The notes beneath the pieces were generated by a model. The model was not told where the DNA came from and ran no database searches. It saw only the letters and a program-made list of their open reading frames with translations. 64,000 nucleotides of DNA, from assembly GCA_001179505.1 (NCBI GenBank), contig CDMY01000493.1:1-64000 (forward strand). Reading direction: 5' to 3'. Position numbers and translations under genes: made by a program. Origin of the DNA: Vitrella brassicaformis CCMP3155 (lineage: Eukaryota; Protista; Chromerida). Below, in pieces: positions 1 through 12,906 of the stretch; the first letter of the stretch is position 1, and every line of letters starts with the position of its first letter.

Positions 1-333
1 CGGCCTTTTTCGCACATGTCCAACATGAAAACACGCACCCTAACATGCAACCCGGACACGCAACACGCAGCACGCAGAGGGCAGATGCAGCAGACAGGAG
101 GATATGCAATGCGCTGCGAACGACGGCAACATACAGGCAGGCAGGCACACAACGGCGCACACACGCCACCCCAGCAGCAGCTTGAAGGCGGCGTGCATGC
201 GTGCATCCTGCACCATGACTCCATACGGCTTGATCTGCGAGCTCAAATAGGCTGGAAGTCAACTTCGCAGATCTGGCTGTGTAGTGGTGCGCATTCTCGT
301 TGCGGATGTTGTGAGTGAGGCATTGCTTCATTC

Positions 334-1115
334 ATGGCGTTGAGAGTGGCGAGGCGGCTGTGTGCGCCAGCCCCGAAAGGCCTTGGCTTGGAGGAGAGCT
401 ACGCAGCTGGATGGACGAGGGCACTCAACGATCTGCGCAGGTACGTTCATGACCTGGTCTGCAGGGGCGATGCTGCCGCTGACAGGCGCTTTGTCGTGTG
501 TGTGTGGGTGCAGTTTCAGTTTCCGCGGCTTCTTTGAGGAGCGCAACTTCTGGCACACGGGCTCGACGGGCGGCTTCTGGCTCATCGTCTTCACCGCGCC
601 ATTGTGGTACCCTGCAGCCAAGGTTGGTGCAGTTCAGACAGACACAGAAACACCTGACTGGCTCCGCACACAGAGAGGCCGCTGTCTGTGTCGTGTGTGT
701 GGGTGTTGGTGCAGGAGTTTTACTGGACGGGTCAGTACAAGCAGTACGAGAAGCAGGAGATCCTCTCAGATAGGTTCACCTGGCTGCACGAACGAATGCT
801 GGTCAGTCTGTCGCGGGTGGGTGGGCTGCGCCACAAGAAGGCACCAGAATGCGTCGAAAGGTGCTCTGTCTGCCTGCTGTCTGTCTGTGTGTCAATGCAT
901 TATTATGTATTTGTGCAGGAGGATGAGATTGAGAAGGTCCTCATGAAGCAGGTGCCGAGGGAGGGATTCCAAACGCCTGCGCTCTCTCTCGGTGGGCAGG
1001 CAGGCAGGCAGGCAGGCAGGGAGGGAATCGCTGCACCATACAGGCGACATGTGTGCTGGGTATGGCTGTTCGCTTCGATGTTTGTTATGGTTGTTCAGGG
1101 CCGGATGAACCATGA
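334..1115 (+). CDS. Small (~130 aa) hypothetical protein with probable mitochondrial presequence and one hydrophobic segment, 5 exons
   Basis: GT-AG introns at about 441-513, 623-714, 802-918 and 992-1098 join in frame: MALRVARRLCAPAPKG...GGFWLIVFTAPLWYPAAKEFYWTGQYKQYEKQEILSDRFTWLHERMLEDEIEKVLMKQ...GPDEP*. The N-terminus is Arg-rich and has no acidic residues in its first ~19 aa. Confidence 0.75.
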
Positions 1116-2023
1116 GTCTTACTGAGTGTTAATCGGCATTGCCAGGCAACAGGCAGCCCCACCCACAAGTCATGACTATGAGACCACGTGTGGCAGTCGT
1201 TGCGTTCTTCCATTGCCATCGGGAATCGGCATTCCTCGCTCGACTCAAGCATCTGAGCGGGAAATGTGAGATTCTTGAAGGTAATGGCAGTCCGACGAAG
1301 ACGGCAATGTGTGAGTGACAGTGGTTATGGACGTCTGCGCATCTTGATGAGTATGGCGATGCGCTGTACGGACTTGAAATGATTGAAATGACAACTGTGT
1401 CCTAGTGTCAGACACCACAATCAATCCCCACAGTCGGTCGTCACTGCAGAGTGCATCTGCATCGGCCGCCCCTGGGCATCCATCATCAGTCATCTTGTCC
1501 AAAAGTCGTGCACTGACCTAACGTAGCCAGTGCCATGACAGATCCGATAAATGTCGATGGAATGACATGCAGCGAGTGAGTAGGCGAGCGTAAAGCATTG
1601 GCTCAGCAAACCAGCTCACTCTGCGCGTGTCTTCCTCTCTCCCTCTCTCTCTCTCTCTCTCAGACACACACACACACACCCCACCACTACATGCCTCTCT
1701 CCGCTTCCTTCTTGCCGTGTCTCGCATGCTGCTGCTGTGAATGACGACAGCCAGCTGACCCTTTTAATTATGGTCACCGCCATTTTGGCCCATACCACCG
1801 CGACCTGTCGTTTCTGAAGCCGGTAATTGCAAAACCGCAAAATCGGCCCGACACACACCACACACACACACAGGACAGACCACCACACTCACATCGACAC
1901 ATCAGCAGCGCAAAAGCATCAAGCCCAAAAGTCAGCAGACATATACGGCACACCACAGACCATACCCAGACCCACCAAGGAACCGCTCGGCCGACAGGTT
2001 CCCCCCTGTGGCTACCGAGACAC

Positions 2024-3088
2024 TCAGTTAGCGCTCCAGGTCTTGGTCTTGGGGGGAAGGTCGTTGAGGAAGTCGAACCTCGGCCCGATGTAGCAGGGAT
2101 CGTCCGCCGTGCCCCAGTTGCTGATGTAGGGCGCGTGCACGTCTGATATGAAGAGTGCCCGCTGGCAAGGGTCCGTCTCATCCTGTATGCCGGTCTCGAT
2201 GGACGGACCATGGCCACACTGGATGTCGTTGAACCTGATGCATGCATGCCGATCGCACCACGGACAACACAGGCAACGTGTAAGCAAGGTGATGAGAGGC
2301 CTTGCTTGCTTACACGGCTTCCACTTGGAAGTCCTCGCCCTGTATGGCGGCGCGCTGTTCGCAGAGCTCCCGGATGCTCCACTCCCCCGGACCAGCAAAA
2401 CCCCCCCTGAGCAGATACATACAAGGCAAGCGATACGGTTTCTCTGAGATGCCGTCGCTTCTTCTACGCTTCCATCCCACCATCCACGGTGACCTACCGA
2501 AGGTTCAACTTGCCGACATCGTGATCGAAGGGCGTAGGATGATCCGTCGAGTAGCTGCAGATGCCTGCAATGAATGCACGACAAAACAGGCCCCGCTGCT
2601 GGCTGCAAGTGAGGGATTTGGTCTCTGGTGCATGCCTACGTACATCGGCCGTTGATGACGACGCTGACACAAACACACCATACACAGGGAGGGAGGGAGG
2701 GAGGGAGGATTGCTGCACTTTGGTTGCGCCACGTGTCGATCCTGTTCACCTGTCCACCATGAGCCACATGAAGTTGGTCACCACGCGCGGATGTCGATAG
2801 CGATTCGGATCTTCGCCCGTCATGGCAGGGTCTTGCCACAGTGGTGGCAGCGACTTGATGTACCTGTCAGACATACGTTAACTCATAGCGCAACGGCAGG
2901 CAGAGTCTGTCGGTCTCTCATGAAACGAACTGCGTGATGTACCTGTCCACCGCTGTCCTCCCGGGATTTTGCCAGCCGGGATCCTCCCAGGGAGGCGGGG
3001 CGACGACAGCCCAGTGGGGTGGTTGTGGAGCGCTCACCGTGGCCAGCACGAGAAAGAACACGGATGTGGCAAAAGCGTGGACAGCCAT
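2024..3088 (-). CDS. Secreted cysteine-containing hypothetical protein (3' end may extend to ~1770 or beyond)
   Basis: ATG at 3088 opens a signal-peptide-like MAVHAFATSVFFLVLATVSA. GT-AG introns (e.g. 2864-2942) join in frame to ...NFMWLMVDSVVINGRCICSYSTDHPTPFDHDVGKLNLRGFAGPGEWSIRELCEQ...FNDIQCGHGPSIETG...ALFISDVHAPYISNWG. Confidence 0.65.
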
Positions 3089-3293
3089 GCTCTCGCCGGA
3101 AGCCGCCAGAAAGAAAAGGCCGTCACCCAAAAGAAAAACGAATGAAGAAAAGAAAACACCAAAGTCGACAGAGGAGCCCTGCGCGGCGGCCGGAAGAGCA
3201 AATTCCGTACCCGCATGCAACGGTTGAGGGTCAACGGCTTGGCCCCCAGTCTCGAAATCGGGGGGTTCGGATCGCTCAAGAGTGTTGACGTTG

Positions 3294-5514
3294 ATGGCTG
3301 ACGTATCAGCGCGGCCGACCCCCGCCGCTGCTTGTGCCGAGCCGGTTCAAACCATCACGTTTGAGTCCCCCGTGCATGAGCCGCACGAGGCCGCCACCTT
3401 CCGCCTCGGGTCTTCCCGGAGTCACCACCACGCAGACGATGTGCTGGAGGCGATTGCCGAGGAGGCTGCTGACGTGCCGACCTTACATGCAGTGACGTCT
3501 TCATTGCAAGAGAATCATGGAGACGCGGAGAAGAAGACTGGCGGTGCCTCTGGTCACGACTCTAGTGGTGTTGTTGTCAATGCCGATTCGGATGAGCCTG
3601 TGGTGACGAAACTCATTCCTGATTCAGCCAGTGGCACGCACTCATCCCTGCCGATGATGTTCTGCCAGCCTCATGATTATTGCGACGAGGAACTTGTGGG
3701 AGAAGTGGCTGCTGCTGAGAAAGAGGCGGCAGAGGTGGAGGTGCGGCTGGACTCGCCTCGAAAGGATGATGTCCTCGACGCCAAGCAGGGACACAGTCGA
3801 CCCCTTGCCCAGCCCCATGCTGTCGCTGCTGCTGCCGCGTCCGTGAGCGTGCGCGGGCCGCCTGTGCAGCAGTCTGATGTGTTGCAGAACCTGCTGGATG
3901 CCTATTCTCGTGAGGAGGGCGACAAGTGGGGCAAGGGAGGATGGCAGGCCTCAGCGCCAAGGTGGGTGAGATCTGTCAGCAGCACGACACTCTTCTGCAT
4001 TCATCGATATGTGTGCGCGTACTCCCTCTCGTCCACTCAGGGTGCCGACGAATCGCCGCCTTTCCTTCGTCGACCTTCGCTCAGCGGTCCATCGAGAGGT
4101 GATCCATGAGATGGAAGAAGCGGCCAACAAAGAAGACGCGACGACCAAGAAGAAGCCTCCCGCCACCCGGCGCTTCCTCAATCCTCGAGGCCTCACACCC
4201 AAGCTGACCAAGCAGGAGGACCTTCTCCCAGCCCGCACACGGTCTCTCCACAGCCCTCCTCCACCCAGGTCCGCCACCAGACCAGCGCCAAAGAAGCCGC
4301 CTGTGCGTCGTTTGTTCGGGACGGTAATAGAGCAGCGCACGAGTGTGCTGGAAACCAGGGAGAAAGAGGACAACCGGAGGAGCGCACGGGAGAGGGGCAG
4401 GAGCAGTGTGGGTAGGAAGAGGAGTCCCACCGCTCCCCTACCGTCACCTCAGGCGACTGGGCGCCGACTCACCTTGAAGGACGAAGCAGGAAAGGTAAGG
4501 AGACCGATAAGGACATCATGTCGCTTTCATGGCTATGTCTCTCTGTTCTCAGACCGCAGCGACCGTAGCGAGCACGTCCGTCACGCTGCGATGGCCTGTC
4601 AAGAACTCTCCCGAAGGCTTCCGCTGGCCCAATCGCATCGAGCCCATCTCCCTCGACGACCTGACCAGCCCACGGTCCGAGGACGTCGCCACGCAGAAGC
4701 TGCCCCCGACTCGCGAGAAGAAGCCATCCTTTTTCGGGCCGCTCAGGACGGTGGTGCTGGACACACCTGCAGTGAAGGACGCTGTTCCCAAGGAAGCCAG
4801 CCAGACCCCGCCGAAGGCTCCCATCCCCAACAGCAACGAGGCCCCAGCCAACACAGAAAAGGCAGAAGGAGAGGGAGAGGGAGGGATGGCGGAAGGGGTG
4901 GTCTCCACCCCCGTGCCGCCCATCCACTACCCATATGTGTGTCCGCCTTTCCCTGGTGTGCCCCGCCACTCGTTTGCTGCACCCCGCAACGTGTCAACGC
5001 CCCACCTACACAAGGCTGTCCCCGTCGCCGTCCCGCCTGCTGCGGCTCACGCGATTGTCCCCCCGAGACGGTCGGAGACGGGCACGAGAGTTGTGCGGAT
5101 GCCGTCCCATGGGCCGCCAATGCGCCGCCCACTCAGTCAAGGAACTTCAATGCGGCGGGCGCCCAGCCTGCCTCGGTCTGGCTCTCTTGGTGGCTTCTTC
5201 CAGATGCCTGTGTCTCGACCCCCGTCTCGCCACCACCATTTGCCGCTCCCCCTGCCTCGGCCTCACTCGCCGCGTGTCAAGAGCAAGCCCCAGGCTGGAG
5301 TGCGGACGTGGGTGGTGATGGGGCAGCCCCGTGTGCTTGGAGTGCGTCGTCTGCCGGCGGTGTGGGCCAACGGCGGCTGGCAGGCAGCACCCACAGAGGC
5401 GTCCTTGGTGCAGAAGCAGGGCAAAGGCGGCCAGGAGTGATGGAGGACAACTTCGGAAGGGCCACCTGGTTGCATGTCGCAGGGACGCCCAGCCTCATGC
5501 ATGCCACCTTCTGA
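3294..5514 (+). CDS. Low-complexity Pro/Ser/Arg/Glu-rich hypothetical protein; may be the 5' part of the IQ-motif gene
   Basis: Long ORFs 3282-4109, 4009-5514 and 4529-5440 link in frame via introns at about 3962-4040 and 4495-4551. No recognisable domain. Confidence 0.55.
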
Positions 5515-5793
5515 ATGGATGATGCGTGAGATTTTGTTTGGACGGATCCCGTGACTGACAGAGGATGAGACAGAACGTGCAGCGAATCAAATGGATTGAA
5601 CTAATCACCATTCGACGGGACATATCACCAACATCATCAGGGATGCCACCATGCAGGAAAACTGCTCGTGGCGGCCTTGACTTCTCGGGGTCCGGGACAG
5701 CAGGAGCTCTGAGCTCGCACATCGTTTACCGGTCTTCTTGGTTTTCCCGCCGCTTGGAAGGCACTGAGGGACAGAAATTGAGCAGAGCTGATC

Positions 5794-7834
5794 ATGAATC
5801 ATTTGGTAGGACACCAAACAGCCTGCATCAACGCTCGATGTGTTCATTTTGGGGGTCTGCTTGTTGTTGACGTTTGTGCAGGTATCGTCCAGCAGGGCAA
5901 TTGAGGGGCTCAAGGCAGCCATAGGTGACCCTTCCACCCTCACGCAACTGCCCCGGTGGGCCCTCACCAAGGCGGAGCCTCTCATCCGTCATTGTATCGA
6001 GGTGCCAATTGGCCAAATCGCACAGTGGCCGGCCGACAGCATTGTTCAAGCCCTCAGGCTGACGCAGGTGAGGGGAACATGGCCAAGGGGAGTGCGGCAA
6101 GGAATGGCCTCTGTGCGAGTGTTGCAGCTATTGCTCGCCAAGTTGTTTGACGAACTGCTTCTTCTCAAGGTGAGACAAAGGGTCGGCTCGCGTCACCCTC
6201 GACTTCCTGATCCGTGGGTGGCTGTGTCAGAGATATTTCACAAAGTCTGGGCAGCAGATCAACAAAATACAGGTGTGGATGGATGGGCACACATCAATCA
6301 CGCTCCCGTACCAACCTGCCTTCTTGCAACATGACGATGCAGGCTGACTTCCAGGGCGTCCGCGCCATCCACGAGCAGAACGAGCTCCTCCGCTCGTGCA
6401 TCATCTATCTGGTGCCCCCGTCCGTCAAACACATCCTCGAGCACAGCAACATCCCAAACATGCCCAACCTGAGAGACAAACCGAGATGCACCCACCCGGC
6501 CCTCCTGAAGCTGGTGCGGTACTCTCTCTCAGCGAACAAGAGCTCCGCTGCCGCGCGTATACAGGCTATATGGCGGGGGAAGGTCGGAAGGCGGAGGCAT
6601 CGGGATCAACTGCGAGACATCGTTCACAAGGCCGAGGCCAAGCTGAGAGTCAGTGAGAGTGCATTGATGTCAGGAGAGCGCCGTTCGATGAGTCTCTTTG
6701 TGTTGTCTTCAGGCAATGGTGCAGGAGTCCGGCTCCCCAACCGCGAGCCCCTCTCGCGCCATCATGGGCACTCCCACATCAGCTTCCACAGACCGAGACG
6801 ACAGCCAGCTGTCGCAGCAGCAGTCGGCCCTCATGCTCATTCAGCACATCACACCCAGACTCACCAAGATCGGGCTCACCATTGAGGGCGTGTTCCGCGC
6901 TGCTGACGTCAACTGCGGGGGTGAGGTGTGGCTGTCGGCCTTGATCGCTTTCATGAGGCAGTCGTGCCGAGTGCCGCTCACACTGGGTGATGCTCTGAAG
7001 CTGCTGGGGCTGTTTCGATCGCCGACGGGCCGCAACGTTGCTGCCAAGAGGGACTCAGCGACTTACGCAGAGTTTGCCGGTGAGTTGACATCGATGGTGG
7101 AAAATGCCGTTAGTTACATCTGTATGTCTGTGTGTCTTGCCATTGCTCACTCAGGCAGCTTCCGTCTGCTGCTGACTGAGACAGCATGCCAATACACCGT
7201 GACCCACCTGAACATCCAGCAGCTGGCGTACGCATGCGGCATCGCCGAGTGCGAGACCACATCCACCGCCAGAGGCCCATCAACACCATCACCACACCAT
7301 GCAGGGGCCCCCTCCCCTTCCCACAGCACCCTCGGTCTCCCGGACCGGAGGAAGTCGCTCACTAAGATAGCTATCCCGTCTCTGTGGGATGTGACTACAT
7401 GCCTCAAGGCCCGCTATGGCAGCGGCTTCACCTGGGGCAGCCTGGTGGACAGTGCAGAGAGGGCCAGGTTGCAGCGGCGGATTGAGCACCTCCGGGGTGT
7501 GAGGCGGGGGGAGGCCTGGGGGGGAGAGAGTGGGGCGGGGGAGGAGATGGCCATGCTGAGACAGCAGCAGAGCAGCCCTGCGCCACTTACACAGGTGGGG
7601 AGGGCCACGGCGGACCCATGTGTGTGAATGTTGGTCGATGTGGGTGTGTTGGTGGGTGTGATGATGTGTGCAGGTGCCGAAAGATTGGTTGACGTACCAC
7701 TTGATGAGTCTGCGGTTGCCTGCGCCGCCCGTGGTCATATTGGCGGCGATGGAGGGGCTGGCAAAGGGAGATCAGGACTTAATCAGTGTGGATGCCATCA
7801 AGCATCTGCTGACCATCAATGTTGACCCCACGTA
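5794..7834 (+). CDS. IQ calmodulin-binding motif protein with an EF-hand-like region (5' end uncertain)
   Basis: IQ motif AAARIQAIWRGKVGRR at about 6550-6600 and an EF-hand-like loop FRAADVNCGGEVWLSAL at about 6895-6945. Several GT-AG introns. The last exon reads VPKDWLTYHLMSLR...HLLTINVDPT*. Confidence 0.65.
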
Positions 7835-8034
7835 GACAGACATAGAGATATATATTGTATAATAGGCACATGGAAATGTGAACACATACACACACACACG
7901 TGTCTCGCGTCTTTCTTGCACATCCACATATACGAGACACCACACGAAAATGGATGGATGGACTCTTGTACACTCACTCACTCGTCACATCTGTGTGTAT
8001 CTATATGAATATACATGTCTGTTGTGTGTCACAT

Positions 8035-10293
8035 CTATGCACTGCTGCTGCCGCCCTTGCCTCGCTTGAGCAGGTAGTTGTAGCTCTCAACGGCACGCTT
8101 GAAGCGCTCAGATGAGGCGTCCTTCTTTTTGGGGTCCGACACCTATATACACAGACACATACACATACACATACACACGTATATACGCAAACACCAACGT
8201 GGCGCGCAGCCACGTGTGTACCTTACCTTGTCAGGGTGGTGTTTGAGTGCGTATCGCCTGAAGGCATCTTTGACCTCCTTGGCATTGTGGGAGCGGGAGG
8301 GATCCAAACCTGACCCGCACCACACACCATGCATGCACGACACACACCATTAATGCATGACCTGGGCACACGCGGACATACACACAACACAGGGAGGGAG
8401 TGTGCACCTACCGAGGTTGCGGTAGTGCTGCGACAGATCGTCCTCATCAGTACCAAACCTGACAAGACATCGAGGGATGGCGGGAGGGAGGGATGAATGG
8501 ATGGGTGGGTGGATGTGTTCAACACACCAGTAGTTTTGGTCGGCTCTCTCCTGCTCGAATGCTCTCTGATGCTCGGCCTCCTCGAACGCTTGAGCACGCT
8601 CACGACCGCGGGCAAACGACTCTGCACACAATGAACACACACGGTGGCTCGGTTCTCCGGTGCATCCATGCCATGTGTACCCGAGTCAGAGTGTTCATAG
8701 CTCGCGTAGCCAGCGGGGTTCTCACGGAGAAAGTCGGCGTGCCGCCGCATCTGCAGGCAGGCAACACACCAGCCACAACAGACAGACACCCGTCTGTATG
8801 CCTGTCCCCTCCCTCCGTCAATTCATGGACACACCCACCTCCTGTTTGCGAAAGAAGTCACCGATGTCGCTCTGAATGGACGGCAGGTAGTGGGTGAAGA
8901 CCCCCGCAACCACCGAGATCAGCAGCGACATCGGCGAAGACAGCACCGTAAGCAGCCGAAGCCGTGACAGCAGCATCAAGGTGCCAAACAGCAGGAATGA
9001 GATCTTGGTCCCAGAGAGGTGGTAAATGCCCGCCGGTTTAGCCGTGAAGCCATGCACCAGGGTGGTGAACTTCCTGTCGAACCTCGAGTACTCGAACACG
9101 TAATAGGGGCACCACACGTTGTGCCGACGGATGTTGTGAATCTGCAACGACTGAACCGCAGTGCGCATGTCGGGCTGAAACCCTGTCAGGGCACCTACAC
9201 ACACACACACACACACACACACAGAGAGAGAGAGAAACGTTATCCACCTGTCTCTGCGTGTCGTCCTCTGTTTGTTTTGTCCCACTCACTTTCCAGTTTG
9301 CTCTTTGCTGTCAGTCGTGCGTATTCCTTGAGCTTGTCAGGGAGCGCGAAGTGGATGGCATAGTCTGGCGACACGCTGAATGGTAATACAGTCTCATCAT
9401 CCTACTATGTGTGTTACCACACACACAGCCACACCCACAGATGCGACAAGAGCAGTTCTGGGTGGGGTGGTGGATGGTGGGTCTGCGTCTGTAACTTACG
9501 TCTGTCACTCACTCACTCACCTGCAGGATTTCATCGATCGGCACGGTCTGCACCACAAAGTCCCCTGCCAGCCTCTCGGCTACGGACCGACCTGATGGAT
9601 GAGCAGGTGCACAGACAGACAAGGGCAGATATAATCGTGTAGCTGTGTGTGTGTGTGCTTACTTACGGTGGTCGAAGGTGGCCAAGATCTGCGTGTATGG
9701 CGACGAGAAGTCGACACTGTGGTTCCGTAGGTGCACAAACTCGCTCACACGACGCCTACATATATCCAGACCCAGCCAACAGAGAAGAGCCAAATGCATT
9801 GGTTTGGCTTGTGTGAATGAACGCATCCGGGTGCTCTGCTTACGGTTTGCCGAGCGGCGGCGTGTAAGTGAATTCGCACTCGACAATCGCACTCATGACC
9901 ACATCGAACGCATAAAACGGCAAGAACTCCTTCCGTACAGCGGGGGGAAACAGCCTGCACACCAAGCGTTACATCCACACAAGCATGCATCTGCGTTTCG
10001 TACGTCACTCACTCGGTGAAGTTGGACACACTGAACATGCCGCCGATTCCCTTCAACATGGCCGCCTGGGCCTCCTTGTCGCTCACTGCAAACGGCACCG
10101 CAAGCCGCGGGCGGCCTCTCGACTGCCACCGTATGAACGTCGTCTGATGGCATGGGCGCCGCTGCAGCTGCGGTAGATGCCGCGTGAGCCGGATGAGTGC
10201 TGCGCACGATGAGTGGAGCGCCCGTGAGTGGATGGCTATGGCGGTGAGGCACCGGTGGACGGGGTGGACTGCTGCTGCTGTCGACAGCTGCAT
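8035..10293 (-). CDS. DnaJ-domain protein (C-terminal J domain) with N-terminal organellar transit-like sequence
   Basis: J-domain EVKDAFRRYALKHHPDK|VSDPKKKDASSERFKRAVESYNYL with the HPD motif. The first exon MQLSTAAAVHPVHRCLTAIAIHSRALHSS is basic and lacks acidic residues. A hydrophobic stretch lies at about 8900-9000. Confidence 0.8.
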
Positions 10294-10928
10294 TCTGTTG
10301 GTGCCTCATTCATCCGTGTCAATCACCACGCCGCCTCATAAGCGACAAGTGGCAAGAGATCCGTGTTCATAAGCAGCGAAATGCCGGAGATCTACCACAA
10401 TCGTCCTCTTCCCCTGCGAGCTTATCAGCAGCGGTTTCAGGGAGCACCCTAGGCGCTCACGATTTGCGAGCGCCCCAGACCCATGTACTGCTGCAGTTGG
10501 GTTGGTGCTGCCCTGCCCTGCCCGCTGTGTATGTGATGTATTGACTGACACATATGAATGGCTTCAACCACCGACACACCGCATGTGATATATGTGATGT
10601 CTGCCAGTCACCGCTGGCTGCGTTCCCCCACCCGCTCCCTCCCAAGTTGATCGATTGACCTGCACTGCACATGACCGACACGGCCGGCCGCCATAAAAGC
10701 GGCTACACCTACCTTCTGCATCAGCACACACATATATAAACATACACACATACGTACGAATGGCCTATACTGTATAGATAAGTAAAGAGAGGGCGGACGC
10801 CTACACACAACTGGACAAACTTTTTCAAGTAGCACCTGGACTCCTTCCTACTCACTCAGCCGCATGAGTCACACAAGCTAGTCAATCTACCTTCGCGGCT
10901 CCTCACTATGACTAAGACTAAGAAGGCG

Positions 10929-12669
10929 TCATGTATAACATACGTCGTCTGACTCGTCTGCATCAGAATCAGACGCCAGAGGGTCGTCTTCAAGGGCCTC
11001 CAGGGCCTCCATGGCGCTCATGCTGATGCGTCGCTGACAATGGGGTCCTCAGCGGCCTCCTCGATCCACTCTTTGCACCCGCCCTGCATACATGGATGGC
11101 ATTCACACATACAGCAACCAGAGCCAGCCACACACATTACCTTGCGGCGGCTGCTTATGTGTGTGTGGTGAGTGCACTGCACTGGGACCGACCGTTCTGA
11201 GGATGGTGGCCTTTGCTTGCTGCCGCAAATTGCCACTGATCGATTAAGACGCAGCAAGACAGCATCCCATCCACAGCGACACGTTTTTTGTGGAGCGTGT
11301 CCGTATGAGTGCACGTGTGCACACCTGAGGAGGGATGTGAAGGAGTCTGCGATGAGAGTGTCCAAGAAAGAGCCTCTAGAAGGCAGCCCACGCGCGAACA
11401 TACACAACGTCTCAGTGCACTCCTGGTCAGCTGCGTAGATTTGCTGCATTGCATCCCACACACACGTACACACAGAGTTGCTCAGCACTGCCGTGCTTGC
11501 GGTCCCGCTTTTCCCTGCCCACCTGTGTCTCATTTCCCTCGCGAATCAGCAGGGCGCACCCACTAAGATGTGTTAGCATATACTCGGCAGTCATGTCGAC
11601 GCCTTCGCTGCCCGAGCACGGCAGTACGGGAGCACGGGCGTTCGGAAGTATGCCTGCATCGATGATGGTCTCGAGAATGGCTGGCTGCGACTCGGGCACC
11701 GTGTCTGATCACGCACACGGGAGGCATCACGTGGTTCGGTGGGTGGGTGGGTGGGTGGGTGGGAGGGTGGGCGTGTGGGTGTGTCCGTCCGTCTTACGAA
11801 TGGTGCTAGATATGGAAAGCAATGTCGATGCAAGCACGTTGGCCGCGTTCTCACGCGTCTCCTCGTCGGGCGATATCAACAATGGTGAGAGCTTGGACAG
11901 CAAGCCGTCTTCGAAGAAGGTATAGGCGAGCCGCGACGGGATGACTTCGGCCGGCTCCTTGGGCGCTGCAATCAAAGCAAACGAGACGTCCAGATCTATT
12001 GGTGTCAAGATGAAGATCCTCCTGGGCGTACCGTAAAAAAACTTTCTGAGGATGGTGGTTGCGGCTCTCTTGACCATCAGCTGCTGGTGGTCCAGCAGCT
12101 GCACGAGCGGAGGCAGCCCGTCAGCCTGGATCAATTCGCCCGCCCACAGCAAGCCGTTCTCATCGGCCGCAGCACAACTTGATGCAGCGGCACAAAAGGA
12201 GCCGAGGCAAGATCTATATCAGGCAGCTCTATGGCACGCTTGAGCGCCTCTATCAGGGAAGATATGGCACCCACCCTGACATAGACACACACACACACAA
12301 TGCTCACGGCGGTCAGTCAGCTGGCATGCCTTCTTCCATCTGTATCAACACTTACCGTATGAGTGCCTCCACTGCCTTCGTGTCCATTCTCCCGATTGAC
12401 GTCAGCAGCTTCGATGCCTCCTGCTGCACAGCCCACTCAACATGCTCGCCCAGCAGAGAAATGACAGCCGCCCCGAAACGGTCAGCAATGACAGCAGCAG
12501 CGTCACCCGGCCGTGTGCTGTTGGCGATGAATGCAGACATTGCCCGCAGAGCACTCAGCTGCTGCCACTTGTTGCTGCTCTCCAGCTGCGTTGTAAGGCT
12601 CGACGCCTCAGTGTCTTGCGAAGCCACTGCCGCCAAGCACAGGAACGCGAATAGGACAGCCGACAACAT
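10929..12669 (-). CDS. Armadillo (ARM)-repeat protein with N-terminal signal peptide
   Basis: Leader MLSAVLFAFLCLAAVASQ. ARM-like units include LIQADGLPPLVQLLDHQQLMVKRAATTILRK, FEDGLLSKLSPLLISPDEETRENAANVLAS and IIDAGILP. The acidic tail is most likely RRISMSAMEALEALEDD...CYT*. Confidence 0.7.
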
Positions 12670-12906
12670 CAGACGACTCGTGAAATGAAATACGCGTAGA
12701 TCTGAACCAGTGACGCTTTCAGGGACTCGCGAGTATGACACTTCCGGTGAGTCGTCCTCCGGAAGGCGATCGTCTGCACGTTTCACGAGGCAAAATTAGG
12801 GCACGGGTGGAGCAAAAGGGACGGCTGCGCCAAGCAACACTGTATGCCGGCTCTACGAAGAGGCCTACTACCGCAGAATATAGACAGATCTACCGATTGC
12901 TCTATC

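Noticed and set aside
2024-2026. TGA as a possible selenocysteine codon
   Set aside because: Readthrough meets another stop within a few codons, it does not align to a Cys-like motif, and I saw no SECIS.
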